Virus record (IMG/VR): IMGVR_UViG_3300032030_000030
Span: 40,697 to 104,696 of that record
Reading direction: 5' to 3' (one strand)
DNA from: a virus
Lineage: Duplodnaviria; Caudoviricetes
Length of the DNA: 64,000 nt
Shown: in pieces, positions 27,169-37,208 of the stretch
How positions within the stretch are numbered: position 1 is the first letter of the stretch
Layout of the letters: each line of letters begins with the position of its first letter
Translations under genes and position numbers: made by a program
The notes under the pieces: generated by a model
Databases searched by the model: none
Told to the model about the DNA's origin: nothing
The model's input: only the letters and a program-made list of their open reading frames with translations

Positions 27169-27939
27169 ATGGAAAAGAAATATTATCTAAGCGAATGTCT
27201 TATAATAAGAGATGAAAATCAATACTTGCTTGAACATCTTACCAAAGGTGTTCAGGCTGGTATTGAACATTTCTACATATATGACAATATGAGTGAAGTG
27301 GCTGTATCTGACTATTTACACGGCACAGAACTATCTGATTATTGCACTGTCGAAACATTCCCTTCGACAGACAGAACTCAATACGATTGTTATAAAAAAT
27401 TTGTCAAAGACCATAGACAAGATACAATGTGGTGCGCATTTATAGACACCGATGAAATGTTTGAAGGCAACCTAATTGACTTTTGTAAAAGACACGAAGA
27501 TATTATATGTCTAAGATTTCAACAAGTCATGCACGGTGCTAATGGTCAGGCTTATGCAGATTATAGCAAAACACTAACAGAGAGGTTTCAAGACCATATA
27601 ATCACTGGATTTTCGTACTATAAATGTGTGGTTCAAATGGAGTACATATTAGCACAGTTGCCGCATTTTTCATATGTACAATCCAACACCATACCTATGC
27701 AAAAGTGGCTAATGAACATACCTATGTTTAATCAGGAGTGTCAACTCCACCACTATATTTTTAAGTCATTTGAAGAATGGCTAAAAAAGAGTTTGAGAGG
27801 GAATGTATTGTCTATCAAAGGACACCAAATCAAAAATTTCTTTTTGGAGAATACGATACCAGACAAAGACAGAGATGCTCTTTTGAAAAAATACAATGTG
27901 TCGTTAGACGATGTAATGGGTTATCAAGAAAGGAGGTAG
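27169..27939 (+). CDS. glycosyltransferase, GT-A fold (GT92/DUF23- or GT2-like)
   Basis: GIEHFYIYDN, WCAFIDTDE (DxD), LHHY. Confidence 0.85.
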   Translation: MEKKYYLSECLIIRDENQYLLEHLTKGVQAGIEHFYIYDNMSEVAVSDYLHGTELSDYCTVETFPSTDRTQYDCYKKFVKDHRQDTMWCAFIDTDEMFEGNLIDFCKRHEDIICLRFQQVMHGANGQAYADYSKTLTERFQDHIITGFSYYKCVVQMEYILAQLPHFSYVQSNTIPMQKWLMNIPMFNQECQLHHYIFKSFEEWLKKSLRGNVLSIKGHQIKNFFLENTIPDKDRDALLKKYNVSLDDVMGYQERR

Positions 27940-27941
27940 AT

Positions 27942-28646
27942 ATGATTCCAAAGGTTATACACTATTGTTGGTTCGGAAATAACGAGCCACCTAAAATAGT
28001 CGATAAGTGTATTGAGTCTTGGACGAAGATACTACCTGGCTATGAAATAAGAAAATGGGATGAAAGTAATTACGATGTAAACAAAACATCATTTACAGAA
28101 GAAGCGTATATTTACAGAAATTTTGCATTTGTATCTGACTATGCAAGATGGGATATACTCTACAATTATGGCGGTGTATATCTTGACACTGACGTTTTGC
28201 TCATAAAAGATATAACACCATTATTGGAGAAAGGTAATTTTGGAGGCGCAAATCTTGGAGGCGGCTTTGCTTCTGGTCTTATTGTTGCCTTGGAACCCAA
28301 GTCTACGATTGCAAAAGAAATGATGGAGGTGTATGAAAACGCAAGTTTCACATATCATAGAGGACAGCCTCACTTTGTAAACTGTGTAAAGAGAGAAACG
28401 GAGTTATTGTCAACGCATGGCTTTGATATAAATCTAAAAGAGAAGCAGGAAGTTGCTGGTATGACTATATATCCATCAGAGTATTTTAGCCCTTATAATC
28501 CTCATACAGGAGAAACTAAAATTACTGATAATACTTACGCCATTCATCAATATACGGGAACTTGGATGCCATCTTGGTTGCTCAAAACGGTTATGGCTAA
28601 CAATATAAATACAAGAAAGCATTACGAAAATATTTATGATGAGTAA
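27942..28646 (+). CDS. glycosyltransferase family 32 (OCH1-like, DxD)
   Basis: IPKVIHYCWFG, AFVSDYAR, YGGVYLDTDV; AGGAGG upstream. Confidence 0.92.
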   Translation: MIPKVIHYCWFGNNEPPKIVDKCIESWTKILPGYEIRKWDESNYDVNKTSFTEEAYIYRNFAFVSDYARWDILYNYGGVYLDTDVLLIKDITPLLEKGNFGGANLGGGFASGLIVALEPKSTIAKEMMEVYENASFTYHRGQPHFVNCVKRETELLSTHGFDINLKEKQEVAGMTIYPSEYFSPYNPHTGETKITDNTYAIHQYTGTWMPSWLLKTVMANNINTRKHYENIYDE

Positions 28647-29442
28647 AACATTAATAGTAGGTTATGGTACAACTGGCAAAAACCTACACAGAGAAATAGC
28701 CGCACTCAAACCAGATACGTGCGACTTGAAATTCAAAGAAAATTACGGAACAACTACACCACTTCGTAAGCATGAGAACTACGACATCATATTTATATGC
28801 GTAGACACACCGTATGTAAACAACGAAAATCCTTGCGATTTAAGCGCGATTGAAACCGTAATAAAGGAATGGAAGGGTTCACTTGTAAATGACGGCGTAT
28901 TCGTCATAAAAAGCACCATTCTGCCAGGAACAGCACGTTGCCTTGAATATGAGTTCAATGTAAACATCGTGGTATCGCCAGAATATTATGGCAACACGTA
29001 CCACTGCAATAACTTTGATTTTAACTTTACCATTCTTGGTGGAAGTAAATCGGATTGTATAGCCGTGCAACAGGCACTACAACATTGTTACGACGCAAGA
29101 CATCAATTTAAAATTGTAGACCATGACACAGCAGAATTAGTGAAATACATGGAAAATAGTTGGCTTGCTACAAAAGTAGCGTTCTGTTCACAATTTGCCT
29201 TACTTGCCGAACACTGTGGAGTTGACTATGAAAGTTTGAGGGAACTTTTTATTCTTGACCCAAGGGTAAATCCAAGCCATACTTTCATCGACAGAGATGA
29301 ACCGTACTGGGATTCTCACTGCCTTAACAAAGATGTAAGAGCAATTGCGGAAACGTATAATGCTGATTTCCTGAATGATATGATTAAATTCAATGAAAAC
29401 CGTAAAAAGAAAACTAATTTGGAGTTATATGTAGCCAAGTAA
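28636..29442 (+). CDS. UDP-glucose/GDP-mannose dehydrogenase family, short form lacking the C-terminal domain
   Basis: IVGYGTTG, ICVDTP, IKST..PGT, AELVKY..N, DPRV, catalytic HCLNKD. Confidence 0.88.
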   Translation: MMSKTLIVGYGTTGKNLHREIAALKPDTCDLKFKENYGTTTPLRKHENYDIIFICVDTPYVNNENPCDLSAIETVIKEWKGSLVNDGVFVIKSTILPGTARCLEYEFNVNIVVSPEYYGNTYHCNNFDFNFTILGGSKSDCIAVQQALQHCYDARHQFKIVDHDTAELVKYMENSWLATKVAFCSQFALLAEHCGVDYESLRELFILDPRVNPSHTFIDRDEPYWDSHCLNKDVRAIAETYNADFLNDMIKFNENRKKKTNLELYVAK

Positions 29443-29543
29443 ATTTTATACGTATGATTCGATAAATTACTTACGGGTGCAGATTGTCAAGAGAGTTTGT
29501 GTTGCATAACTTTGCAGTGCAAACTTTTAAAATAACAATAACT

Positions 29544-30434
29544 ATGGCAGAGATTTTATCTGTACCTGATGGCAATCAGGGTATTCCATTCAGCATTCCA
29601 ATTGGAGGCAACGGCAACGGCCTCTTTGGTGGTGGCAATACAAACCTTATCGACATCCTCGGATTTGCGATAATCGCGTCTATGTTTGGCTGGAACAACG
29701 GCGGCTTTGGCGGATTCGGTGGCAATGGCGCGAATGGCGCAGGCTTCATAAGCAATCAACTCAACAACGAAAATGGCAGACAACTTATAATGCAGGCTGT
29801 AACAGCAAACGGTGAAGCACAGAGAACTGCAATCCAAAGCCTTGCTACAACAATAGGTCAGGATTTCAATCTTGTAAACGGTGCCGTTATGAACGTGCAG
29901 AACTCGCTCAATCAGATTGCAAACACTCAGGGAACTAACGCCTTGCAGATTATAAATGCAATTCAGTCGGGAAATGCAAACATTATAAGCCAGTTCCAAA
30001 ACTGTTGCTGCCAACAGCAACTTTTGACAGAGAGACAAACCAACACATTGCAGAACAGCGGCAATGCAAACACTCAGGCAGTTCTCAACAAATTGTCGGA
30101 GATGCAGGCAAACGCAATGCAAGACAAACTCAATGCAGCACTTGCAGAGAATGCGAAGTTGTCAGGTGAACTTTCTCAGTCGCAGCAAAACGGAATATTT
30201 GCGGGAATGATTACAAATGCAATCAATCCAGTAGTTGCACAACTTGCAGGCATAAGAAGTGAAGTTGATGCTATCAAGAGATGTCAGCCTTCTACGATTA
30301 CATTGCCAAACAACAGTATGACGGCAGTGCCGACTATCTGGGCAAATGCAGTTGCTGACAATATTGTAGACAAGGTTTCTGCCGCTCTTAATGGGATTGG
30401 TACAACGCCTACTACTCCAACAGCAAATGCGTAA
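29544..30434 (+). CDS. Gly/Asn/Gln-rich protein with a membrane segment and coiled coil (CCC motif)
   Basis: GFAIIASMFGWNNGGFGGFGG, QNCCCQQ; own TAACTTTG promoter at 29507. Confidence 0.8.
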   Translation: MAEILSVPDGNQGIPFSIPIGGNGNGLFGGGNTNLIDILGFAIIASMFGWNNGGFGGFGGNGANGAGFISNQLNNENGRQLIMQAVTANGEAQRTAIQSLATTIGQDFNLVNGAVMNVQNSLNQIANTQGTNALQIINAIQSGNANIISQFQNCCCQQQLLTERQTNTLQNSGNANTQAVLNKLSEMQANAMQDKLNAALAENAKLSGELSQSQQNGIFAGMITNAINPVVAQLAGIRSEVDAIKRCQPSTITLPNNSMTAVPTIWANAVADNIVDKVSAALNGIGTTPTTPTANA

Positions 30435-30453
30435 TTCTAATTCAAGTATAACA

Positions 30454-30939
30454 ATGGATTTCAATTCGACAATAGAAGGGTCTAAGATATATGTCCTTGA
30501 CAAAAAGAATTTTAATCTTTCTGTTGGGATATTAAAATCAAAGACCCTTCCAGTAGCAAAGTTAGGAACGCTACAACAGACAATAACAATGACAGTTGAT
30601 TTCGACGGCAAGGAAAGGGTGTTTACAGATGTTCCTTCAAATGCAGACAGCGCAAAGGAAGGCGATTTGGTTTACGCTTGCAATGGAGACCGTCTTACCC
30701 CAGTAATAGACAGTATGGTTTGCCAGTCAAGAAATATATTGGACTCGATACCGTTCCACGAAAGGGTTGTGAATGAGAGTTCGTCGATGAAGAGCATAGT
30801 GAATCCAAAGATTGCTGAAGATGAAAAACGTCTGAAGGCAATAAAGGATTTGCAAAAGAGACAGGCTGAAACCGACGAAAAACTTGACACCATCCTTAAA
30901 ATGCTCAAAGACATAACTGTCGAAAAGAAGTCAAAATAA
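30454..30939 (+). CDS. hypothetical protein
   Basis: ORF in the same cassette. Confidence 0.75.
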   Translation: MDFNSTIEGSKIYVLDKKNFNLSVGILKSKTLPVAKLGTLQQTITMTVDFDGKERVFTDVPSNADSAKEGDLVYACNGDRLTPVIDSMVCQSRNILDSIPFHERVVNESSSMKSIVNPKIAEDEKRLKAIKDLQKRQAETDEKLDTILKMLKDITVEKKSK

Positions 30940-30948
30940 TGCAAGATT

Positions 30949-31158
30949 ATGGGTACAAGAAACTTTATTATATTTGACGACGAGGACTTGAGGGAGAATA
31001 TGAAATACAATATGAAACTCAAGAGACGTTCAAATACCAGAGGCGGTATGGGCTACAAGGATGGCTATAAGAAAGGCTATCAGCACGGCTGGGAAGATAA
31101 GGAAAACGATGAAGAAGACGAGGAATACGCACGTAAACCAAGTCATTACAACGGATAA
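30949..31158 (+). CDS. small charged protein
   Basis: GYKDGYKKGYQHGW repeat; followed by a hairpin. Confidence 0.65.
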   Translation: MGTRNFIIFDDEDLRENMKYNMKLKRRSNTRGGMGYKDGYKKGYQHGWEDKENDEEDEEYARKPSHYNG

Positions 31159-31207
31159 TAGTACAGGCCAGCCTTCGGGTTGGCCTTAACTTTTAAAATA
31201 TAATACT

Positions 31208-31591
31208 ATGAAAAAGTTTACAAGTGAAGCAAGAAGGGCTTACGAGGACATGAATCACGGTATGTTCTCAAAGAGTCTCGCAGAGTTTGCCATAAGCAAT
31301 ATGAAAGACAAAAGGGGTGAGAAGGTTAATACTATATCACTCGAAGAGTATAAGACTTTATTGAACAGGCTTGGTCATAAAATTGAAGACAAGTATCTTT
31401 ACACGTCTTGGTACTTGTATAATATGGCTATCGCCGACTACAAGGAAACCTTGCCATCTACGGAGCAGAAGTTTTCTTTTGTAAAGGAGACGCTGTTTGA
31501 CCCAGATTGCTGCCCAGAGGCGGTACTTGAATGTTTTGTTGCGAAGATGTGTATTATGGGAGTGCCTATTTACTGGGAAAACTATTTATAA
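31208..31591 (+). CDS. hypothetical protein
   Basis: 127-aa ORF. Confidence 0.75.
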   Translation: MKKFTSEARRAYEDMNHGMFSKSLAEFAISNMKDKRGEKVNTISLEEYKTLLNRLGHKIEDKYLYTSWYLYNMAIADYKETLPSTEQKFSFVKETLFDPDCCPEAVLECFVAKMCIMGVPIYWENYL

Positions 31592-31779
31592 TGAACAAGA
31601 AGTTAGCGGCAGAAATGCTTGAAGAATGGCAGAAATGGAGAAGGGGTAAACCTCCGTATGATGGAGATACCCCTGAAACCTACAATAAGATGCCATACTC
31701 CCCAAAGGAGATAGGAATTGCGTTGGATTACGTAATAAAGATATTGAAGGAAGATGATAATACAGGGGTTCACGATTGA
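31591..31779 (+). CDS. hypothetical protein
   Basis: TAATG coupling; WQKWRRG motif. Confidence 0.65.
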   Translation: MNKKLAAEMLEEWQKWRRGKPPYDGDTPETYNKMPYSPKEIGIALDYVIKILKEDDNTGVHD

Positions 31780-32257
31780 CAAAACAATCCCATCAGACTG
31801 GTGGGTAATGGCTTATTATAACGTAAGGAGCGAAGAAGACCTTGAAGATGTAGGCAACGCACTAAAAACAGTAGGACTTAATAAGGAATTAATTATAGAT
31901 GCCATAAGGGTACTAAGCACACCAAACAGCGGATATACATTGACTATTAATAAATTGAGTACCTCTATAGTAGTGTTGTCAACAGCAACTAATCGCAAGG
32001 AATTTTTTGATACTTTTGCACACGAATTAAAACACCTGACTGAACATATAGGCTCTGCGTTTGGATTTGACTCCGAATCAGAAGACTCTGCGTGGCTTCA
32101 GGGTGAAATAAGTGGATGTATGTATAAGGTAATAAGGACATTAATGTGTAAAAACAATGGACAGTATATTGGGAATATTGCAAGAAGTCGGCATCCCGAC
32201 GACAACAGCAATAGTGTCTTGGCTTTTAGCGAAAAGGAAATACCACGTAGAGGTTGA
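31754..32257 (+). CDS. HExxH zinc-metallopeptidase-like protein
   Basis: TFAHELKHL...ESEDSAW. Confidence 0.7.
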   Translation: MIIQGFTIDKTIPSDWWVMAYYNVRSEEDLEDVGNALKTVGLNKELIIDAIRVLSTPNSGYTLTINKLSTSIVVLSTATNRKEFFDTFAHELKHLTEHIGSAFGFDSESEDSAWLQGEISGCMYKVIRTLMCKNNGQYIGNIARSRHPDDNSNSVLAFSEKEIPRRG

Positions 32258-32525
32258 TAATAAAGTTATCGCTAATATGGGTGATTCCTTTGAGTTTTAT
32301 AAGAAAGTATCAGAAGACAATAAAGCAAGGCTTGATGCATATCAACAAAAAATTGATGAATTATTAGAAGAAAACTATGCTTTAAAATCAGACTTGTATA
32401 CACTTAAAATACAGGTTTCGTTCTTAATGAAGTATAACTGTATGAAGGCTGGGTGTAAAAGCAGGATAACAAATTCGGACGACATCGACCACATAAACGA
32501 AAATGCCTCAAAACAGACAGATTGA
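32157..32525 (+). CDS. membrane-anchored coiled-coil protein (holin/lysis-associated candidate)
   Basis: N-terminal hydrophobic helix followed by a coiled coil. Confidence 0.55.
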   Translation: MDSILGILQEVGIPTTTAIVSWLLAKRKYHVEVDNKVIANMGDSFEFYKKVSEDNKARLDAYQQKIDELLEENYALKSDLYTLKIQVSFLMKYNCMKAGCKSRITNSDDIDHINENASKQTD

Positions 32526-32644
32526 GACTGATATATTTTATAGTAAATATTTTTGTTTACTACGACTATAATAATTCGTTAAATACGGTATTTTAATGCA
32601 TTAAACAGCAATATATTTGCGGAAAATTTTAAGGAGAATGTAAA

Positions 32645-33826
32645 ATGGAATTAGGACTTGGTATTGATAACATCCTTTCGGAAGATGAAATAGAGTCTAT
32701 GTTCAGTGAGAACGCAGACGACGAATCTTCTGAAACCGAAACTGCGGCTGAGGAATCAGCGGAAGAAGCAGAAGAGGAAACGAGTGAGGATGACAAAGAC
32801 AAAGACGAAAACGATGAATCTACCGAGGTTGACTTCGATGACAAAAAGAAGCAATCAGAGAGCGTAGGTAGTGATGAAGATATAGATGATTCGGGGACTC
32901 CTTCGGACAAAAAGCCAAAAGGTTCTTCTCCAAATAATTTCTATACTTCCATTACCAGGGCTTTGGTGGAAGATGGAGTTCTCGAAATATCTGATGAAAA
33001 TGAGATTGCAAACATTAAGGATGCAGACGCATTAAGAGACGCTATTGCAAAGCAGATTGAAAATGGAATCAGTGAGAAAGAGAGAAGGTTGCAAAAAGCA
33101 CTCGATGATGGCGTACCGCCAGAGATAGTAAAAACGTACAGGAATACCATTGATTTTCTTGATAGTATAACGGACAGTATGTTGGCTGCGAAAGATGACG
33201 CTGGCAAGAAACTGAGGGCAAACATTATTTATCAGGACTACATCAACAGGGGGTTCAGCGATGAGCGAGCAAAGAGAGAGTTGAAAAAGTCATTTGACGC
33301 ACTTACGGATGTTGACGATGCAAAAGAAGCACTCGCATCAAACAAAGACTTTTTTAATAGTCGGTATAAAAGTATGTTCGAGGAGGCTGAAAAAGCAAAG
33401 CGTGAACTCGTCGAGACAGAGAAGAAAAATGCAGAAGACTTTAGAAAGTCTATTCTTGAAGAAAAGGGTACAATCGCAGGATTGACACTTACCGATTCTG
33501 TAAAGAAAAAGATATTTGACAATGCAACCAATCGTAAATGCCAAGGTAAGGACGGCAGAAAATTGTCAGCATTGGAAAAGTATCAGGAAGAAAACCCAAG
33601 GGAATACGTAAAGATTGTTTCTACCCTATGGACGGTTACAGATGGATTCAAGGACTTTTCTCAATTGTCTAAACAGGCGGTTCAGAAAGAAAAGAAACGA
33701 GGACTTGCGGCACTTGAAGGTGTAATCAACAGCACTCAGCGAAACTTTGATGGCTCACTCAACTTGGCGACAGGCGTTAATTTTGATGACGATACTCATT
33801 TTAGTGGGTTTAAACTTAATATTTAG
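32645..33826 (+). CDS. acidic protein preceding the MCP (probable scaffold)
   Basis: Very acidic N-terminus; position before the capsid gene. Confidence 0.7.
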   Translation: MELGLGIDNILSEDEIESMFSENADDESSETETAAEESAEEAEEETSEDDKDKDENDESTEVDFDDKKKQSESVGSDEDIDDSGTPSDKKPKGSSPNNFYTSITRALVEDGVLEISDENEIANIKDADALRDAIAKQIENGISEKERRLQKALDDGVPPEIVKTYRNTIDFLDSITDSMLAAKDDAGKKLRANIIYQDYINRGFSDERAKRELKKSFDALTDVDDAKEALASNKDFFNSRYKSMFEEAEKAKRELVETEKKNAEDFRKSILEEKGTIAGLTLTDSVKKKIFDNATNRKCQGKDGRKLSALEKYQEENPREYVKIVSTLWTVTDGFKDFSQLSKQAVQKEKKRGLAALEGVINSTQRNFDGSLNLATGVNFDDDTHFSGFKLNI

Positions 33827-33847
33827 AAACTTTAATTGATAATAGAT

Positions 33848-35356
33848 ATGGCAGGTAGTTTGGGTAAGTTTCAAATGAAGGGCTTTACTTATTGGAAGGG
33901 TCTCACAAGAGAAAACCACCTTGGTACTGTTTTTCAGTTGGAGCAGCAAAAGGCATCGGAACTTATGGTTCAGTTGCTTGCTATGTATAGGGGTAAGTCT
34001 TTGGAGACTTTTTTGAGTCAGTTCCCTACAAAAGAATTTGAAAATGACTCTGAATATTACTGGGATGTTATCGGTTCGCATAGAAGAAACATTCCGTTGC
34101 TTGAAGCAAGAGATGAAAATGGCCAGGTAGTAGAGGCAAATCGTGCTACAAACGTCGGCGCAGGTACTCAGCCTTTCTATCTTGTATTTGCAGAGGATTG
34201 GTTTGCCGATGGTGAGTTCATCGTAGGTGAACTTAACGAGGTATATCAGTTCAGAATCCTTGGCAATCCTATTGCAGAGGGTACGAATTTTGTTTATAAG
34301 GTAGAACTTGCAGGTGGTAACATTGACGGTTGTCCTCCTGAGAGACTGTTGGCAGGTGAGAGATTCTCTATCGAGGCTGCATTTGTTGAGAAAGAACTTT
34401 CAAGGAAGGTTGGTGATGTTAGATTCAGTTCTCCGATTTCGATGAGAAATGAGTGGTCTACAATCAGAATCCAACACAAGGTTCCAGGTTCGATGCTTAA
34501 CAAGAAGCTCGCAGTAGGTATTCCTGTTATTACCAACGAGGGTAAGAAGGTCGTTCACAATATGTGGATGCACTACGTAGACTACGAGGCAGAGGTTCAG
34601 TTTGCAGACTATAAGAACAACGCTCTTGCATACGGCAGAAGCAACAGAAACGCAAATGGTGAGTATATGAACATTGGTAAGTCTGGTTCAGCCATCAAGA
34701 CAGGCGCAGGTCTGTTCGAGCAGATGGAGGTATCAAATACTTACTACTACAACACATTCTCACTTAAACTTTTGGAGGATGCTCTCTATGAACTTTCGGC
34801 TTCAAAACTTGGTTTTGGCGAGCGTACATTTGTAATCAAGACTGGTGAGCGTGGTGCTATTCAGTTCCATAAGGCTGTAAGAGACGCAGTAAGCGGCTGG
34901 TCGATGTTTACTCTCAATGGCGATGGTCTTGGTGTTGTTAAGAAGACTTCTTCACCGCTCCACGACAACGCTCTCACGGCAGGTTATCAGTTCACTGAGT
35001 ACAAGGCTCCTAATGGCGTTACCATTAAGCTCGAGGTTGACTCAGCATTCTATGACGACCCAGTTAGAAACAAGATTAAGCACCCTGACGGCGGCGTAGC
35101 ATACTCTTATCGTTATGATATATTTGACATTGGTACTATGGACCAGCCAAATATCTTCAAGTGTGCGATTAAGGGTCAGCCCGAAATCAGAGGTTATCAG
35201 TGGGGTCTTAGGAATCCGTTCACTGGTCAGATGAACAACCCATATATGTCGTTCGACGAGGATTCGGCAGTAATGCACAAGATGGCAACATTCGGTGTAT
35301 GTGTCCTCGACCCGACAAGAACTTTGAGTTTGATTCCTAATATTTTGCAGGCGTAA
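33848..35356 (+). CDS. major capsid protein (crAss-like)
   Basis: MAGSLGKFQM..WKGLT..NHLG and ...LDPTRTLSLIP are recognisably similar to the phiCrAss001 MCP (from memory). Confidence 0.95.
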   Translation: MAGSLGKFQMKGFTYWKGLTRENHLGTVFQLEQQKASELMVQLLAMYRGKSLETFLSQFPTKEFENDSEYYWDVIGSHRRNIPLLEARDENGQVVEANRATNVGAGTQPFYLVFAEDWFADGEFIVGELNEVYQFRILGNPIAEGTNFVYKVELAGGNIDGCPPERLLAGERFSIEAAFVEKELSRKVGDVRFSSPISMRNEWSTIRIQHKVPGSMLNKKLAVGIPVITNEGKKVVHNMWMHYVDYEAEVQFADYKNNALAYGRSNRNANGEYMNIGKSGSAIKTGAGLFEQMEVSNTYYYNTFSLKLLEDALYELSASKLGFGERTFVIKTGERGAIQFHKAVRDAVSGWSMFTLNGDGLGVVKKTSSPLHDNALTAGYQFTEYKAPNGVTIKLEVDSAFYDDPVRNKIKHPDGGVAYSYRYDIFDIGTMDQPNIFKCAIKGQPEIRGYQWGLRNPFTGQMNNPYMSFDEDSAVMHKMATFGVCVLDPTRTLSLIPNILQA

Positions 35357-35362
35357 TTAATC

Positions 35363-35392
35363 AGGGTGGGTGATTAAATTTACCCACCCTTT
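35363..35392 (+). terminator. hairpin after the MCP
   Basis: AGGGTGGGT/ACCCACCCT. Confidence 0.7.
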
Positions 35393-35418
35393 CAAAAATT
35401 TTAAAAGGAGAAGATAAA

Positions 35419-36375
35419 ATGGCAAGGACAGCAAGAGTGCCAGAAGAGGCACAGGAGACAATTGAACAGACAGAAAGTATTATAGAAAGCGTAGATGCAC
35501 CACACGGTCTCAAATCGTGTCTTACAAATGAACGAGTAATTGTAAGATATATCAACAGACCAAGCATGATAAAGAATCCTAAACACGTTCTTTATGGCGG
35601 TATGGCAGAGAATGCAGTGATTTCGTACACAGTACCAAGGCTTGCATCGTCAGGTGTTTACGTAAATGTATTGACCAAGCAGGAGAAGGATTTTCTTGAA
35701 TACACTCTTGGTCTTGAACCAAACGCTTTGTCTGTGCATAAAACAGAAAACAATTTTTGGGATGACAGTAATTTCAATGGCATCAATAAGGTAAGGTTGA
35801 GTAAACAGGACAATTACTTTGATTTGAGAGACCCGAAGGATTATATCAGATTTAAGATTTTGCTTGCTAATAAAAACGCAATCTGCCCTTCGTTGCAGGA
35901 ATTACAAGACAGACCAAAAGCAACATATAGATTCGTAGTAGTAAGAGAAAGCGAGGAGAACAAGGTGGCAAAGCAGGGTATGACAACTGTTATGGCTTGC
36001 TACAAGGAGTACGGCAAGATTGAGGATGACAAGTGGAAACTTCGCACGCTCATCGAACTCATTACAGGCAGAGTTATTGCTGATGCAACCAAACTTGACC
36101 AGTTGCAAGTCAAGATTAACGAACTCATACAGTCGGATTCCAAGACATTCCTCAGAACAATTACTGACGAATACTTCAATACAAAGGTTCTTATCAAGAA
36201 AGCAATCAGCAGTAATCTTATTTCAAACAGGAATAACTTGCTGTACTACACAAAGGACGGTTCGCCGCTTTGTGAACTTGGTGAGGAATCTACAATGAAC
36301 ATCGCTGCCAAATATCTTATGAACCCAAGACATCAGGAACTTAGGTTTGCAATAGAGGCGGCAGTAAAAGAGTAA
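35419..36375 (+). CDS. conserved crAss-like protein downstream of the MCP
   Basis: 318-aa ORF; synteny. Confidence 0.8.
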   Translation: MARTARVPEEAQETIEQTESIIESVDAPHGLKSCLTNERVIVRYINRPSMIKNPKHVLYGGMAENAVISYTVPRLASSGVYVNVLTKQEKDFLEYTLGLEPNALSVHKTENNFWDDSNFNGINKVRLSKQDNYFDLRDPKDYIRFKILLANKNAICPSLQELQDRPKATYRFVVVRESEENKVAKQGMTTVMACYKEYGKIEDDKWKLRTLIELITGRVIADATKLDQLQVKINELIQSDSKTFLRTITDEYFNTKVLIKKAISSNLISNRNNLLYYTKDGSPLCELGEESTMNIAAKYLMNPRHQELRFAIEAAVKE

Positions 36376-36380
36376 GTAAA

Positions 36381-37208
36381 ATGAATATAGTTGAGTTTAG
36401 TAATCAGTTTGACATAGAGTACAATAACGTGATGTCAAATGCGGCACCACCGATAAATGAGTATGAAAAGTCGGTCTTTCTTACAAAGGCTCAACTTGAA
36501 TTGCTTAAAAATTACTTCAATCCAAAAGGCAACAAGTATCAAGAAGGCTTTGATGATTCATCTCCAAGGCAATTTGATTTCTCAAACCTTATGAAGGTGG
36601 TCAAGCCAAGACAGATACTCGCAATATCAGAGGAAGAGGCGGAGGAGAAGTCTCCTCGCAATGACGAGAGGCTTTTCCTTTATCTCAATGAAGACTACGA
36701 CCCGTTCGATGAAAGGTCTTATATATACAAAGCACCGAATGATATACTTGCGATAGTAAACGAGAAGTGTTTTGTTACGATAGAAGGAAGGACATATAGG
36801 GCTAACATAGTTCCAATATCCTACAATGAATATACAAGACTTATTCAGAAACCATACGGACAGCCACTTAAAAGGCAAGTTTGGAGGCTTATGAACAGTT
36901 ATAATTACTTCGACGACAAGACAAATGATTCTGTAACTGACGTAGTTTATGAACTGATAGGCAAGGATGGATGTGAAATATCAGATTATACGATACGATA
37001 TGTAAGGAAACCAAGACCGATTATACTTTGTAACCTTCACGACAATTATCCAAGTTGTACAATAGAAGGCGAATATCTTTCGATGGAGTGTGAGCTTGAC
37101 AGTGCAATCCACCCAGAAATAGTACAAAGGGCGGTCGAACTTGCAAAAGCAGCATACGTATCGGGTGATACAGAAACAGCAGTGCAAATGGGAGTAAGGA
37201 GTGAATAA
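36381..37208 (+). CDS. tail ring protein
   Basis: EYEKSVFLTxAQ, YVRKP.PIIL and ECEL..IH shared with the next gene. Confidence 0.8.
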   Translation: MNIVEFSNQFDIEYNNVMSNAAPPINEYEKSVFLTKAQLELLKNYFNPKGNKYQEGFDDSSPRQFDFSNLMKVVKPRQILAISEEEAEEKSPRNDERLFLYLNEDYDPFDERSYIYKAPNDILAIVNEKCFVTIEGRTYRANIVPISYNEYTRLIQKPYGQPLKRQVWRLMNSYNYFDDKTNDSVTDVVYELIGKDGCEISDYTIRYVRKPRPIILCNLHDNYPSCTIEGEYLSMECELDSAIHPEIVQRAVELAKAAYVSGDTETAVQMGVRSE

